Of a stretch of 64,000 bases of DNA, positions 9,262 to 20,201 are shown one piece after another. The notes beneath the pieces were generated by a model. The model saw only the letters and a program-made list of their open reading frames with translations. It ran no database searches and was not told where the DNA came from. Source of the DNA: Methanobacteriota archaeon (lineage in GTDB: Archaea; Thermoplasmatota; Poseidoniia; Poseidoniales; Thalassarchaeaceae); the NCBI GenBank assembly GCA_019654055.1, contig BPDA01000002.1:5911-69910 (forward strand). Direction: 5' to 3'. Position 1 is the stretch's first letter. Every line of letters begins with the position of its first letter. Made by a program: the position numbers and the translations under genes.

Positions 9262-10017
9262 GTGCTATTGAAGGCTGCAATGCCTTGGAGTTCAGGTCAG
9301 TCGGGAATATGCAATACGCATATGAGATTAGGAAGTAAAATCCCCCAGCAACAACAGGAAATAGTAGATGAGGCCTTAGAAGAGACCTCCTTCCAATTTG
9401 CTTCAGCAGAGGTCTTCCTGTGCCCGAACCGTTGCGGAAGAGGGACCCCTGCTGGACCCATTGAACTCACCTACGACCGCCACGATAAAGTGAGTCAAGA
9501 AGCAAAGCTAGCCGCCCGAGTGATTGGCCTTGTATCCCTTGTTTTTGCTATGATAATTGGATTTGACGAAGAGCTCGGGTTTTGGATGATATTTCTGGGT
9601 GCCGCAGCACTTGGGTACTCCCTTTTTGCAACTGGGGAAACCACTGCGTATTTCTATTGCATGAAATGTAGAGGGGCCATGCTCGACTCCAAGACAATAA
9701 TCAGCAAAATCGGGGAAGAGAAGGCATTAGCCATAGAAAGAGAACTGAGTAGATGCAAGGCCGGAGAAAAGATGTGCCCTAGTTGCGAAGGGAGAATGAA
9801 TCGAATCCCAATCACCTACGTGATGCCCGACAGGGGCGGCGGTGACCTGGTTGGCCTTGGTCGTAGCTCGATACAAGCGATGATACCAAACAAGAAGGAG
9901 TATCTGGATCTCGATGGATGCTCCTCTTGCGGACTGTTCTGGTTTGACTCAGGTGAAATGTCTAATGTCTCTCTCAGCGAGTCGATGAAGGTGAAAGAAA
10001 AGCGGCGCTCGAAATGA
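9262..10017 (+). CDS. Membrane protein with multiple CxxC zinc ribbons (C-terminal zf-TFIIB-like module)
   Basis: Four CxxC pairs are present. The last unit, CPSCEGRMNRIP...LDGCSSCGLFWFDSGE, matches the CPxC...DxCxxCxGxWFDxGE zinc-ribbon pattern. There are two central TM helices. GC is about 42-46%. The start is uncertain (GTG 9262, ATG 9280 or ATG 9322). Confidence 0.45.
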   Translation: MLLKAAMPWSSGQSGICNTHMRLGSKIPQQQQEIVDEALEETSFQFASAEVFLCPNRCGRGTPAGPIELTYDRHDKVSQEAKLAARVIGLVSLVFAMIIGFDEELGFWMIFLGAAALGYSLFATGETTAYFYCMKCRGAMLDSKTIISKIGEEKALAIERELSRCKAGEKMCPSCEGRMNRIPITYVMPDRGGGDLVGLGRSSIQAMIPNKKEYLDLDGCSSCGLFWFDSGEMSNVSLSESMKVKEKRRSK

Positions 10018-10023
10018 CCCATA

Positions 10024-10815
10024 GTGAGTAGAAACCAACCACCCTCGGTCACGAGCATTCAAGGGCCCGTGCATCACGACAGGCACGTGAGCCAAGACGA
10101 CGGCAGCACCGTCCAGAGCCGTGCGCTGGCGATGTCAGTGCACCTGTTCACGGCGTCAGGAGCGCTGTGGGCGCTGCTCACACTGGACGCCATAATGGCC
10201 GGTGACTACAGGATGGCGTTCCTCTGGATGTTCGTCGCCATGTTCGTCGACTCCGTCGACGGGCCATTGGCTAGGAGGCTCGACGTCAAGCGTCATGCCT
10301 CGCACATCGACGGGGCCAGACTGGACGACGTCATCGATTACATCAACTACACATTCGTCCCAATCGTCCTGCTGATCCACGCCGGCTGGCTGCCCGATCC
10401 AGCCCCCCTGTGGGCTGCCTTCCCGCTCGTAGCCAGCGCCCTGGCGTTCTCCAACACCGAGTCCAAGGACACCGAGGACGGCTTCTTCCTCGGCTTCCCC
10501 TCGTACTGGAACGTCTTCGCCTTCTATGTCGTGGTGCTGGCCACAGCCGGCAGCGAGTGGCTCGTGCTGTTGCTGATGCTGGCGTTCAGCGCCCTGAGCG
10601 TGATGCCGGTACGCTTCGTCTACCCGAACCGCTTCGATGGGATGCGTTGGTTCTTCTTCGGAGGCGGTATAGTCTGGATAGCCTCGATACTATTCGCGGC
10701 GCTGCAATATCCTGACACTCCACGGCTGTTCGTGCAAGTCTCTCTGGTCTATCCGGCACTGTACTTCGCACTCTCTCTGTGGCTGGATCGCAATCGGACC
10801 CCGAACGCTACATGA
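10024..10815 (+). CDS. CDP-alcohol phosphatidyltransferase, phosphatidylcholine-synthase (Pcs)-like
   Basis: The sequence DSVDGPLARRLDVKRHASHIDGARLDDVIDY gives DG-x2-AR-x12-G-x3-D-x3-D, which is the Pcs-type variant of the family motif. The protein has multiple TM helices and HLFTASGALWALL near the N-terminus. Confidence 0.65.
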   Translation: MSRNQPPSVTSIQGPVHHDRHVSQDDGSTVQSRALAMSVHLFTASGALWALLTLDAIMAGDYRMAFLWMFVAMFVDSVDGPLARRLDVKRHASHIDGARLDDVIDYINYTFVPIVLLIHAGWLPDPAPLWAAFPLVASALAFSNTESKDTEDGFFLGFPSYWNVFAFYVVVLATAGSEWLVLLLMLAFSALSVMPVRFVYPNRFDGMRWFFFGGGIVWIASILFAALQYPDTPRLFVQVSLVYPALYFALSLWLDRNRTPNAT

Positions 10816-10892
10816 GTGGCAGGCTCGGCGTTTCCGATTGTCCAATCACTGAACCAAGTTACTTATGTCTAGAACACCGATGGACCCTGTTC

Positions 10893-11510
10893 ATGGACCG
10901 AAAAGTGGACCTAACAATCGCTGCGCTGATCTTTTTGGCTGGCACAGCAGGCCTCGTCTCCGGTGAGGACATCGGAGGCGTTGAAACAACGACCGACATA
11001 GATGACGAGTCAGCTGAGGCTGCTCCCATCGACGCGCGTTACCTACGCGGTGACGCTAACGACGATGGAAGTGTAGATCTCGGCGACTTCATCGTGATGG
11101 CACAGTACATCGCAGGCTATGGCAGGGAACCTGCCTCGATGACCCAGGCCGACATCAACGGCGACAGATCAGTCGACGTGCTCGACCTGGTAATTCTGGC
11201 CGACTATCTATGGGGTGAGGACGAGTCTGACTCGGGACCTCAATCCATAGACAGTCGCGACACCAAGGCTAGCAAGACCGCTGTTGCGGTCTGCGACCTT
11301 GAGTCTGTGCGTGTGCTGCGTGGTGACGCCAATGACGACGGAAACGTCGATCTGGGCGACTTCATCGTGATGGTGCAGTACATCCTCGGTTACGGGGATG
11401 CACCTGCTTCGATGCAGGGAGCTGACATCAACGGCGACCACGCCGTCAACGTGCTAGACCTAGTCATGCTCGCCGACCACCTATGGGGTGGTCAGTGCGA
11501 GCGCTGCTAG
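10893..11510 (+). CDS. Secreted protein made of two dockerin type I domains
   Basis: A signal peptide MDRKVDLTIAALIFLAGTAGLVSG comes first. RGDANDDG(S/N)VDLGDFIVM..Y..GYG...ADINGD..V.VLDLV.LAD.LWG then occurs twice (DNA 11040-11225 and 11310-11495). Confidence 0.7.
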   Translation: MDRKVDLTIAALIFLAGTAGLVSGEDIGGVETTTDIDDESAEAAPIDARYLRGDANDDGSVDLGDFIVMAQYIAGYGREPASMTQADINGDRSVDVLDLVILADYLWGEDESDSGPQSIDSRDTKASKTAVAVCDLESVRVLRGDANDDGNVDLGDFIVMVQYILGYGDAPASMQGADINGDHAVNVLDLVMLADHLWGGQCERC

Positions 11511-11573
11511 GCAACTAGCGCCACTATACGCTGAGACTCCTCTGGAAGAACTCAGTGCTGCAACCAAGCGCGT

Positions 11574-11634
11574 GCCTTCGCGCCGTCCCCTGACTCCCCT
11601 TGTGGGCCCCTAGGTCGGGGACGGCTGCGAAGGC
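11574..11634 (+). terminator. Long GC-rich hairpin followed by a T-rich tract, probable terminator of the dockerin gene
   Basis: The arms GCCTTCGC-GCCGTCCCC pair with GGGGACGGC-T-GCGAAGGC. The T-rich tract tctttctttt follows at 11645-11654. Confidence 0.4.
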
Positions 11635-11722
11635 CGCCAAACGATCTTTCTTTTGGGCCTGATGCAGGGGTGACTCAAGGGCCCAAGTCGCTTATCATCC
11701 AGATGCGGATGATAGTCACTCC

Positions 11723-11926
11723 ATGGACCGAAACCTGGACCTACACATCGCCGCCCTGATTTTCATGAGCGGCACGCAAGCCCTAGTCTCCGGTTCCGAG
11801 GAAGGAGACGTAGCAACGACGAACGCCCTGAGCCTAACGGAGGAGGACCCCGAGGACCCGATCCCCGCCCCAAGCCCGCGCATCACTGCGATTCCGCCCT
11901 TTCGGCCCGTAGGGCCGTCGTTCTGA
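11723..11926 (+). pseudogene. Truncated paralog of the dockerin-protein 5' end (signal peptide only)
   Basis: MDRNLDLHIAALIFMSGTQALVSGSEEGDVATT aligns with MDRKVDLTIAALIFLAGTAGLVSGEDIGGVETT of the 10893 gene. No dockerin repeat follows in any frame. Confidence 0.35.
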
Positions 11927-11987
11927 GAGGGGAACGTCAAACCAACTAACCAACCGCTTGATATTCCCCAAGCCGTTCGCATTCACC

Positions 11988-12734
11988 ATGAACCGAAGCC
12001 CGAGGGCTGCAATTCTAGTGCTGTTGATGATGCTTAGCTCAGGGTGCCTAGGCGCGGTGGACGACCTCGAAGACATAGAGGATGAGGTGATTGACCCCAT
12101 CCTCGATTGGCTTGAGGGAGAGTATCCTCGTTTGGACCTGCCAGACCGTGAGCGCACTTCGCCGACACTCGACATCTACAACGAGTGCGAGAACTTGCTC
12201 GCGGACCTTCAGGATTCGATCTACAATGAGATGTTGGTCTCTCTGGACCAGCAGGCGTACTGGCACTGGGCTGCCCCGGTCTGGCGCGGGGGTGGAGTCT
12301 GGATTGAGGACGACGTAGCGATGATGGATGGGGCACCCGAGATGGCGGCCGACGAGTCCGCCGGCTCCTCGGATTCAGACGGTGGAGGGAGCCGCGAGGG
12401 CGAGTACTCCGGCACCAATAACCAGGAGGAAGGCGTCGACGAGGCCGACTTCCTGAAGACCGACGGCTACCACATCTACATGCTCAACGGTAACTTGCTG
12501 GTGATTATGGGCGTCCCCGAGTTCGGGGAGCTGACCTTAGAGTCCAACATGAGCGTGCAGGGGTATCCGATGCAGATGATGCTTGATGGAGACAGAATCG
12601 TCATCGCTTCCTCAATCTCCTATTGGAACCTCCCGACCGACGACCCCCTGAGGGAGCTGATGTCCGAGGAGGTCACAGTGAGCTACCCTGGGAGGAGGAG
12701 TACTCCTACACCTACACCCGCGTCCAGAACCTAG
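11988..12734 (+). CDS. Beta-propeller domain lipoprotein (Beta_propel/COG4880-like), fragment 1
   Basis: A lipobox signal MNRSPRAAILVLLMMLSSGC is present. The family-typical start of the conserved region is YSGTNNQEEGVDEADFLKTDGYHIYML. The frame is lost at 12686-12692. Confidence 0.65.
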   Translation: MNRSPRAAILVLLMMLSSGCLGAVDDLEDIEDEVIDPILDWLEGEYPRLDLPDRERTSPTLDIYNECENLLADLQDSIYNEMLVSLDQQAYWHWAAPVWRGGGVWIEDDVAMMDGAPEMAADESAGSSDSDGGGSREGEYSGTNNQEEGVDEADFLKTDGYHIYMLNGNLLVIMGVPEFGELTLESNMSVQGYPMQMMLDGDRIVIASSISYWNLPTDDPLRELMSEEVTVSYPGRRSTPTPTPASRT

Positions 12735-14443
12735 TGAAGTACACCGTCGTGGACATCTCTGACAGGACGGCCCCTGAGGTGGAGCGTGAACTCTACATCG
12801 AGGGCAACTACCACACTGCGAGACTGGTCGACGGAACGATGCGCTCTGTCACCCACCTGTGGACCTACATAGAGGGCATGCGCACCTGGGTGTACCTGCC
12901 CGAAACCTACTGGGAGTCTGACAGCGACGAGGAGAGGATGGAGATCTGGAACCAGAGCATGGAGGAGACCATAGCTGCCAACCAGGCCATCATCGACGAC
13001 CTCACGCTCGATGACTTCGCCCCGCACATCTACGAGGTGGGGGATGACGGCTTGTTCCAGCACCCAATCAGCTCGGGTGACTGTGATGAGTTCTCAGCCA
13101 GCGCCGACAGCGCTGGTCGAGGCTTCACGACTATCATGACCATCCAGATGATGAGTGAAGACTCTGAGATGGAGGTCGACCACATCACGTCCTCGTGGGC
13201 CCATGTGTACGCCTCACAAGACGTCATGGTGCTCGCAGAGCCCGCAAACGACTGGTGGTGGTTCTGGCGCAACTTCGGTTGGGATGACGCCACCAACATC
13301 CACGTATTCGACATCAGTGACCCCACCGAGACTACCTACGTGGCCTCCGGAAGGGTCGACGGCACGGTGCAGGACCAGTTCTCCCTCTCGGAGCACAACG
13401 GTGTCATCCGCGTCGCCACCACCGAGGACGCATGGGGCCGCTGGTGGCTCGAGACCGAGGAGTGGACGGGACCGACCAACAACGTGTTCACACTCGTGGC
13501 CATGGAGTGCATGATACCCGAGGGGTGCGAGGGAGACTCCAGCGAGATGGTGCAGATCGGCCACGTCGGCGACATCGCCGAAGGCGAGCGCATCTGGAGC
13601 GCCCGCTTCGTGGGCGACCGCGCCTACCTAGTCACCTTCCGCAACATCGACCCCCTCTGGGTCATCGACCTGACCGACCCGACCGATCCGGAGATACTCG
13701 GCGAGCTCGAGGTCCCGGGCGTCTCGACCTACATCCACCCTGTCGACGCGAACACCCTGCTGACGATTGGCATAGGGCCAGGGGAGGACGGACTCGGACT
13801 CGACTGGTCCATGACCCAGGTATCCCTTTTCGACGTCAGCGACCCCACCAACCCGACTCTAGCAGACTCGCTGCCGCTGTCTCCTGCATACGAGGAGGAT
13901 GGGTGTGATGAGTGGGGATGCGGCTGGTCGTGGTCCTACTCCGAGGCCACCTACGAACACAAGGCGTTCACCTACTGGGCGCCCGAGCAGCTGCTCGCAG
14001 TCCCACTCTCTACCTACCGCTATACCTACGACGAGGTCATAATCGACGGCCGGACCTACACCTACTCCGGCTACGAGTTCGTCTCGACGCTCGAACTCAT
14101 CGACGTGGATGCCGAGAACGGCACGCTATCCACCCACGGTATGGTCAATCACTCGGAGTTCTACAACGAGGACGGCCTGTCTGGGTGGTGGGGCGGCTCG
14201 ACCAGCATCCGCCGCTCGATCTTCATGGGCGACTACATCTACGCCTTCTCGGCGGCCGGCGCCTCGGTCCACAGGACCGACGACCTCGAGCCCATGGTCG
14301 AGCTCGATATCCCCGGCCACGACCAACCTGAGACCTACTACTACGAGGAAGGGGAAGGTGATGAGTCCACGGACCCGGATACTTCTCCGTCTGATGGGGA
14401 CGACCCAAAGGAAGACGAGGACTCTGCGACAGTCGAAGGCTGA
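12623..14443 (+). CDS. Beta-propeller domain protein, fragment 2 (-1 frame)
   Basis: It continues as PWEEEYSYTYTRVQNLVKYTVVDISDRTAP and contains IWSARFVGDRAYLVTFRNIDPLWVIDLTDPTDPEILGELEVPG, typical of this secreted propeller family. Confidence 0.7.
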   Translation: MEPPDRRPPEGADVRGGHSELPWEEEYSYTYTRVQNLVKYTVVDISDRTAPEVERELYIEGNYHTARLVDGTMRSVTHLWTYIEGMRTWVYLPETYWESDSDEERMEIWNQSMEETIAANQAIIDDLTLDDFAPHIYEVGDDGLFQHPISSGDCDEFSASADSAGRGFTTIMTIQMMSEDSEMEVDHITSSWAHVYASQDVMVLAEPANDWWWFWRNFGWDDATNIHVFDISDPTETTYVASGRVDGTVQDQFSLSEHNGVIRVATTEDAWGRWWLETEEWTGPTNNVFTLVAMECMIPEGCEGDSSEMVQIGHVGDIAEGERIWSARFVGDRAYLVTFRNIDPLWVIDLTDPTDPEILGELEVPGVSTYIHPVDANTLLTIGIGPGEDGLGLDWSMTQVSLFDVSDPTNPTLADSLPLSPAYEEDGCDEWGCGWSWSYSEATYEHKAFTYWAPEQLLAVPLSTYRYTYDEVIIDGRTYTYSGYEFVSTLELIDVDAENGTLSTHGMVNHSEFYNEDGLSGWWGGSTSIRRSIFMGDYIYAFSAAGASVHRTDDLEPMVELDIPGHDQPETYYYEEGEGDESTDPDTSPSDGDDPKEDEDSATVEG

Positions 14444-15904
<1,461 letters not shown>

Positions 15905-15930
15905 ATAACCAACCGTAGACCCAAGTGCAC

Positions 15931-16008
15931 AGCGGGTTGGAGTAGCCAGGTTATCTCGTCGGGCTCATAACCCGGAGACCGGTGGTTCAAATCCACCACC
16001 CGCTACCA
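15931..16008 (+). tRNA. tRNA-Met (CAT), initiator-type, with encoded CCA
   Basis: I folded the cloverleaf by hand. The acceptor stem is AGCGGGT/ACCCGCT with an A1:U72 pair. The anticodon stem has three G:C pairs next to the loop CTCATAA. The T arm is GGTGG-TTCAAAT-CCACC. It is 75 nt plus CCA. Confidence 0.9.
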
Positions 16009-16147
16009 CGGTCGAAACATAACTGAAAGTGAAAATCGTTGCACTGAGAGCAAACGACGGTGTGAAGCACTTTCAACCGCCGATGTGGGTCAATCGTTTG
16101 TTCATATACTATCGAAGTCCGATGGTAGTTGTAGAAAGGTGAGAGAG

Positions 16148-17149
16148 ATGACCAAGAAGACAGCAAGCGAGAAGGTTGAGGAAGAGAAGATAGTGATTGA
16201 TGTGGACGAGCCCGTGAGCACGGTGGAGGATCTACCTGGAGTAGGTCCTGCTACGGCGGAGAAGCTCCGCGAGGCGGGCTTCGAAGAATTGCTTGCTATT
16301 GCAGTGATGAGTCCCGTAGAGCTGGCCGAGCAGGCCGAACTGGGCGAGGCCGTGTCAGCCAAGATTATTGCCGGAGCGAAGAAGATGGCCAACATAGGTG
16401 GCTTCGTCAGTGGTACAGCCCTCTTGGACAAGCGCCGACAGGTGCAGAAGCTAACATCAGGCGCTTCGTCTCTGGATGAGTTGCTCGGTGGCGGCTTCGA
16501 GACCCAGGCAATAGTCGAGGTCTACGGCGAGTTCGGCAGTGGTAAGACCCAGATTGGCCATCAACTCGCCGTCAATACAATCCTGCCCTTGGAACAGGGT
16601 GGATTCGACGGCGAGGTGTTCTATATCGATACAGAGGACACCTTCAGGCCCGAGCGAATATCGCAGATGGCAGAAGCAGTTGGAATAGATCCACAGGACG
16701 CACTTGACAGAATACACGTAGCGCGGGCATACAACTCGGCTCACCAAATCCTACTCGTCGATGAGATCAAGAGAATGTCGAAGAACATCGAGGTCAAACT
16801 AATCATCGTCGATTCGCTAACCAGCCACTTCCGTGCCGAGTACATCGGGCGCGGTATGCTAGCGCCTAGACAGCAGAAGCTCAATCGCCACATGAAGGAG
16901 CTCAAGCAGCTCGCAGATATCCAGAACGCCTTGGTTCTGGTCACAAATCAGGTCATGTCGAAGCCTGATGCCATGTGGGGAGATCCGACGAGAGCCATTG
17001 GTGGCCACATCGTCGCACACGCCAGCACATTCCGCTTGTACCTCAGGAAGTCGAAGGGGGGCCGACGCATAGCCCGCCTAGTGGACAGTCCCAACTTGCC
17101 TGATGGGGAAGCGGTCTTTACCGTGACAACCGAGGGCCTACGGGACTGA
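16148..17149 (+). CDS. radA: DNA repair and recombination protein RadA
   Basis: An N-terminal Hh[18 protein letters not shown] is present, with Walker [10 protein letters not shown], Walker B LIIVDS and NQV...GGHIVAH. An AGGTGA sits upstream of the ATG. Confidence 0.9.
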   Translation: MTKKTASEKVEEEKIVIDVDEPVSTVEDLPGVGPATAEKLREAGFEELLAIAVMSPVELAEQAELGEAVSAKIIAGAKKMANIGGFVSGTALLDKRRQVQKLTSGASSLDELLGGGFETQAIVEVYGEFGSGKTQIGHQLAVNTILPLEQGGFDGEVFYIDTEDTFRPERISQMAEAVGIDPQDALDRIHVARAYNSAHQILLVDEIKRMSKNIEVKLIIVDSLTSHFRAEYIGRGMLAPRQQKLNRHMKELKQLADIQNALVLVTNQVMSKPDAMWGDPTRAIGGHIVAHASTFRLYLRKSKGGRRIARLVDSPNLPDGEAVFTVTTEGLRD

Positions 17150-18439
17150 TTCCCGTAGGCTCCTCGGGTCCGAAAGGCCAGGCGTACCTCTAAACCACTG
17201 CATGAACAAGGCAGTGGATATCGCGTAAAGAACCGCCATCACGACGAATGGTGTTCGAAAGTCGCCCCCACTCATCAGTACGGCGCCCAGATATCCGCCG
17301 ACTGCGGCCATCGCGCTTCCGAACAAGCGCGAGATGCCGATGTACGTGGCTCTCTCAGTCGGATGCAGCTGACCCATGCTGAATGCCTCGAAGGCGGGGC
17401 CTGACATGTTGAACAGGCTAGTTCTCAGGACCCATGCGAGGCCTGCTAACGAGACCACGGTCTCAGGCGTAGCTAGCTCAGGCGCGAACCCAATCAGGAG
17501 GATGAAAGGTATCGCTGCGAAACGCGTCCACACGATGGTCGCGACCTCACCCAGTCGCTCCACCACCAGCGGGACGGCGAAAGCCCCTATGGCCAGAAAG
17601 AACGAGCCTGCTGCGAATACCATACCGATCTGGTGCTCGTGTGCGTGCAGGTCGTAGTGGAAGAACACATTCGCGAGTCTAATCACGAACCCGCCTCCCA
17701 GAGATAGCAGAGTCCCGATGACCACGAACCGGTACACCGTCTTCGGGCTGCGCAGGGCTGAGAGCCACCCGCTTCGCTCCTCTTGTGCGACCTCCGCTCT
17801 GGCCTTGATCACCTCCTCCGAGACGTACCGCTTGAGCATGATTGCGGGTATCAGGGACAGGAACCACCAAGCTATGCCGATATGGACCGCCCACCTGTAC
17901 GCCTCGACTAGAGTCAGACCCTCAGAGCCAATCAGGTACTGGGGCAGGAACCCCGCGATTAGCGCCCCTACCATCGCCGCCAGTGTGCCGAGCCCCTGCT
18001 CGACGCTGAACAGGTGTATGCGCTCTTCGGGCTCTGAGTTCTCCGCCATGAACGGCGACTCCGTTACGTGGTGAAGCGCGCTGAAGCAGGCTGAAATCGC
18101 CGAGAAGGCCAAAATCGCGTTGGCGTCCGTGGACATGATGAGTATCAGCGCGCACGCGGCTCCACCCCCGTCACCTATGATGAAGCCCCACTTACGGTCT
18201 ATTCGATCGGCGAGCCTGCCCGCAGGAATAGATGCCAGCGAGCCGGCGATTCCCAGTACGGCGATTCTTATTCCGACAAACTTGACATCGAAGCCGACAG
18301 CCAGTAGGTAGAGATTGAACAGCACCTCCCACGCCCCGTGGATTAGGTCCATCCCGATTACGTGCAGGAGATACAGTCGGGCATTACGGCTGAATTGCCT
18401 CAGTCGGCCGAAGTATCCGACCTCTGTGACGGCCTCCAC
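17138..18439 (-). CDS. MFS transporter
   Basis: The protein has about 12 predicted TM segments and an MFS loop motif [10 protein letters not shown]. Its 3' end overlaps the radA 3' end by 12 nt. Confidence 0.7.
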   Translation of the reverse strand: MEAVTEVGYFGRLRQFSRNARLYLLHVIGMDLIHGAWEVLFNLYLLAVGFDVKFVGIRIAVLGIAGSLASIPAGRLADRIDRKWGFIIGDGGGAACALILIMSTDANAILAFSAISACFSALHHVTESPFMAENSEPEERIHLFSVEQGLGTLAAMVGALIAGFLPQYLIGSEGLTLVEAYRWAVHIGIAWWFLSLIPAIMLKRYVSEEVIKARAEVAQEERSGWLSALRSPKTVYRFVVIGTLLSLGGGFVIRLANVFFHYDLHAHEHQIGMVFAAGSFFLAIGAFAVPLVVERLGEVATIVWTRFAAIPFILLIGFAPELATPETVVSLAGLAWVLRTSLFNMSGPAFEAFSMGQLHPTERATYIGISRLFGSAMAAVGGYLGAVLMSGGDFRTPFVVMAVLYAISTALFMQWFRGTPGLSDPRSLRESVP

Positions 18440-18485
18440 ACTTCCACCGCAGCGTGCTAGGCCGTGGGCGACAATATACTACCGG

Positions 18486-20192
18486 TCAGGCCCCAATCTC
18501 CACCATCGCCACGCGCAACTCACCGATTAGCGACGCGACGTGTCCCTCATCGAAGCCGAGGTCCAGCCCGGCCGCCTCAAACAGTTCCGGCAGTGGCTTG
18601 GTGTTGCCCAGCTTCATCGCTCTAGCATAGCGGGCTAGGCCATCTGTGGAATCCCTGCGGTGGTGCTGCCATAGCTGAATTGCTCCGAGTTGGGCGATGC
18701 CGTACTCGATGTAGTAGAACGGCACCTGAAACAGGTGCAGTTGGCTCTGCCAAGAGGTCTCCTTCAGTTCATTGAAACCACTCCAGTCGGTCTTCGGACC
18801 GAACCTCCTCCTCAGCTCCAACCAGTGCTCCGATCTCTCCTCGTGGGTATGCCCGGGATTGGCGTAGACCCAGTGCTGGAAGGCGTCTATGGTGGCCATC
18901 CACGGCAGGAAGCAGACGATTTTCTCTAGGTCCTCCAGCTTCGCCCTGCGGGCGTCCTCGTCGCCGTAGAACTCACTCCACTGGGGCTGACTCATCAGCT
19001 CCATCGACATCGAGGCGACCTCGGCGAACTCGATAGGCGGGTTTCGGTCCCCGATTAGCTCTAGGTTCGAGCTGTAGCAGGAGTGGAACGCGTGCCCGGC
19101 CTCATGCAGCATCGTGGACAGATTGTCGTGGGTGCCAGCCGCGTTCATGAAGATGAACGGAATTCTGGTCTTCTCCAGATTGGCCTGGTAGCCACCCGGT
19201 GCCTTACCCTTCCTACTCTCGAGGTCGAGCGAATTCCTCTCCCTGAGCATATCAAACATCCCCCCCAGCTCGGGTGACATGCCGTGGAAGACGTTCGAGC
19301 AGCCCGAGATCAACCTCTCGACGTCCTCGAAGGGCGCGAGCGGAGGCCTTCCGTGGATGTCCACGCCACCACCACTCTTCTCTCCGACGTCCCACGGCCG
19401 TAGAGTCGCTACCCCGAGCGCCTCGCGACGACTCTCTTGGAGCTCGTGCATCATGGGGACGCAGACACGTTCTATCGAGTCGTGAAACTCGAGGCAGTCG
19501 TCAATCGAGTAGTCGTATCGGTGCTTCGCCTCGAAGATATAGGGGCGGTAGTCATCGAACCCGGCGTTCAGCGCTATCTGGTGGCGAATCCGAATCAACT
19601 CGTCGTAGATTCCCGAGAGCCTCTCAGAGTCCTGCTCCATCCTCTCGACCACTGCCCTCCAAGCCGCCTCCCTGATGCTGCGATTGGTGTTCTCGAAGTA
19701 CAGGGCCATCTGGGAAAACGTCCTCTCCTCGCCATCGAACTCGACCGTCATGGCACCTGTGATGGTGCTGTGCTCGGTCTCCAGCTTGGCCTCCTCGACC
19801 TGCAGGGGGATGTTCTCCTCGCGGAAGATTGCTATGTCGGTCAGTATCCCCTTGATCATCAGGTCGTGGCGAGGAGGCAGTTCGTCTAAGGCAGGGTGTC
19901 CGGCAAGCCTGTGGTTGAACGCGTCGGCGAACTCAGACAACTTCGGCTGCACATTCTCGATGAAGTCTAGGTAGGCCCGCCTCTTGACCTCGCTCTCGGT
20001 GTCGCAAGTCATCGCGATGCTCAGTAATGTACCTGCCTCGGAGACGTGCTCGGCCAGCGTAGAACCATCCTTAATCAGAGTCTCTAGGCAGCCCGAGCAA
20101 TTCAGTTCGCGACTCAGCAGGTCGTTCGCGTAGGGCTCGATGTTCACCCACTGGGAGGCATCGAAATCCTCGGTGATGAAAGCGGAGCCCAA
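18486..20192 (-). CDS. pepF: Oligoendopeptidase F-like M3B metallopeptidase
   Basis: The zinc motif HEAGHAFH is present, and the length and layout fit the M3B family. Confidence 0.8.
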   Translation of the reverse strand: MGSAFITEDFDASQWVNIEPYANDLLSRELNCSGCLETLIKDGSTLAEHVSEAGTLLSIAMTCDTESEVKRRAYLDFIENVQPKLSEFADAFNHRLAGHPALDELPPRHDLMIKGILTDIAIFREENIPLQVEEAKLETEHSTITGAMTVEFDGEERTFSQMALYFENTNRSIREAAWRAVVERMEQDSERLSGIYDELIRIRHQIALNAGFDDYRPYIFEAKHRYDYSIDDCLEFHDSIERVCVPMMHELQESRREALGVATLRPWDVGEKSGGGVDIHGRPPLAPFEDVERLISGCSNVFHGMSPELGGMFDMLRERNSLDLESRKGKAPGGYQANLEKTRIPFIFMNAAGTHDNLSTMLHEAGHAFHSCYSSNLELIGDRNPPIEFAEVASMSMELMSQPQWSEFYGDEDARRAKLEDLEKIVCFLPWMATIDAFQHWVYANPGHTHEERSEHWLELRRRFGPKTDWSGFNELKETSWQSQLHLFQVPFYYIEYGIAQLGAIQLWQHHRRDSTDGLARYARAMKLGNTKPLPELFEAAGLDLGFDEGHVASLIGELRVAMVEIGA

Positions 20193-20201
20193 ACCCCCAC
20201 C

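Noticed and set aside
15905-16147. Integration of a mobile element at the tRNA genes (15931-16008 and 43449-43524)
   Set aside because: I found no integrase and no direct repeat of a tRNA 3' end. Flanking genes are ordinary housekeeping genes, and the low-GC islands are not adjacent to either tRNA.
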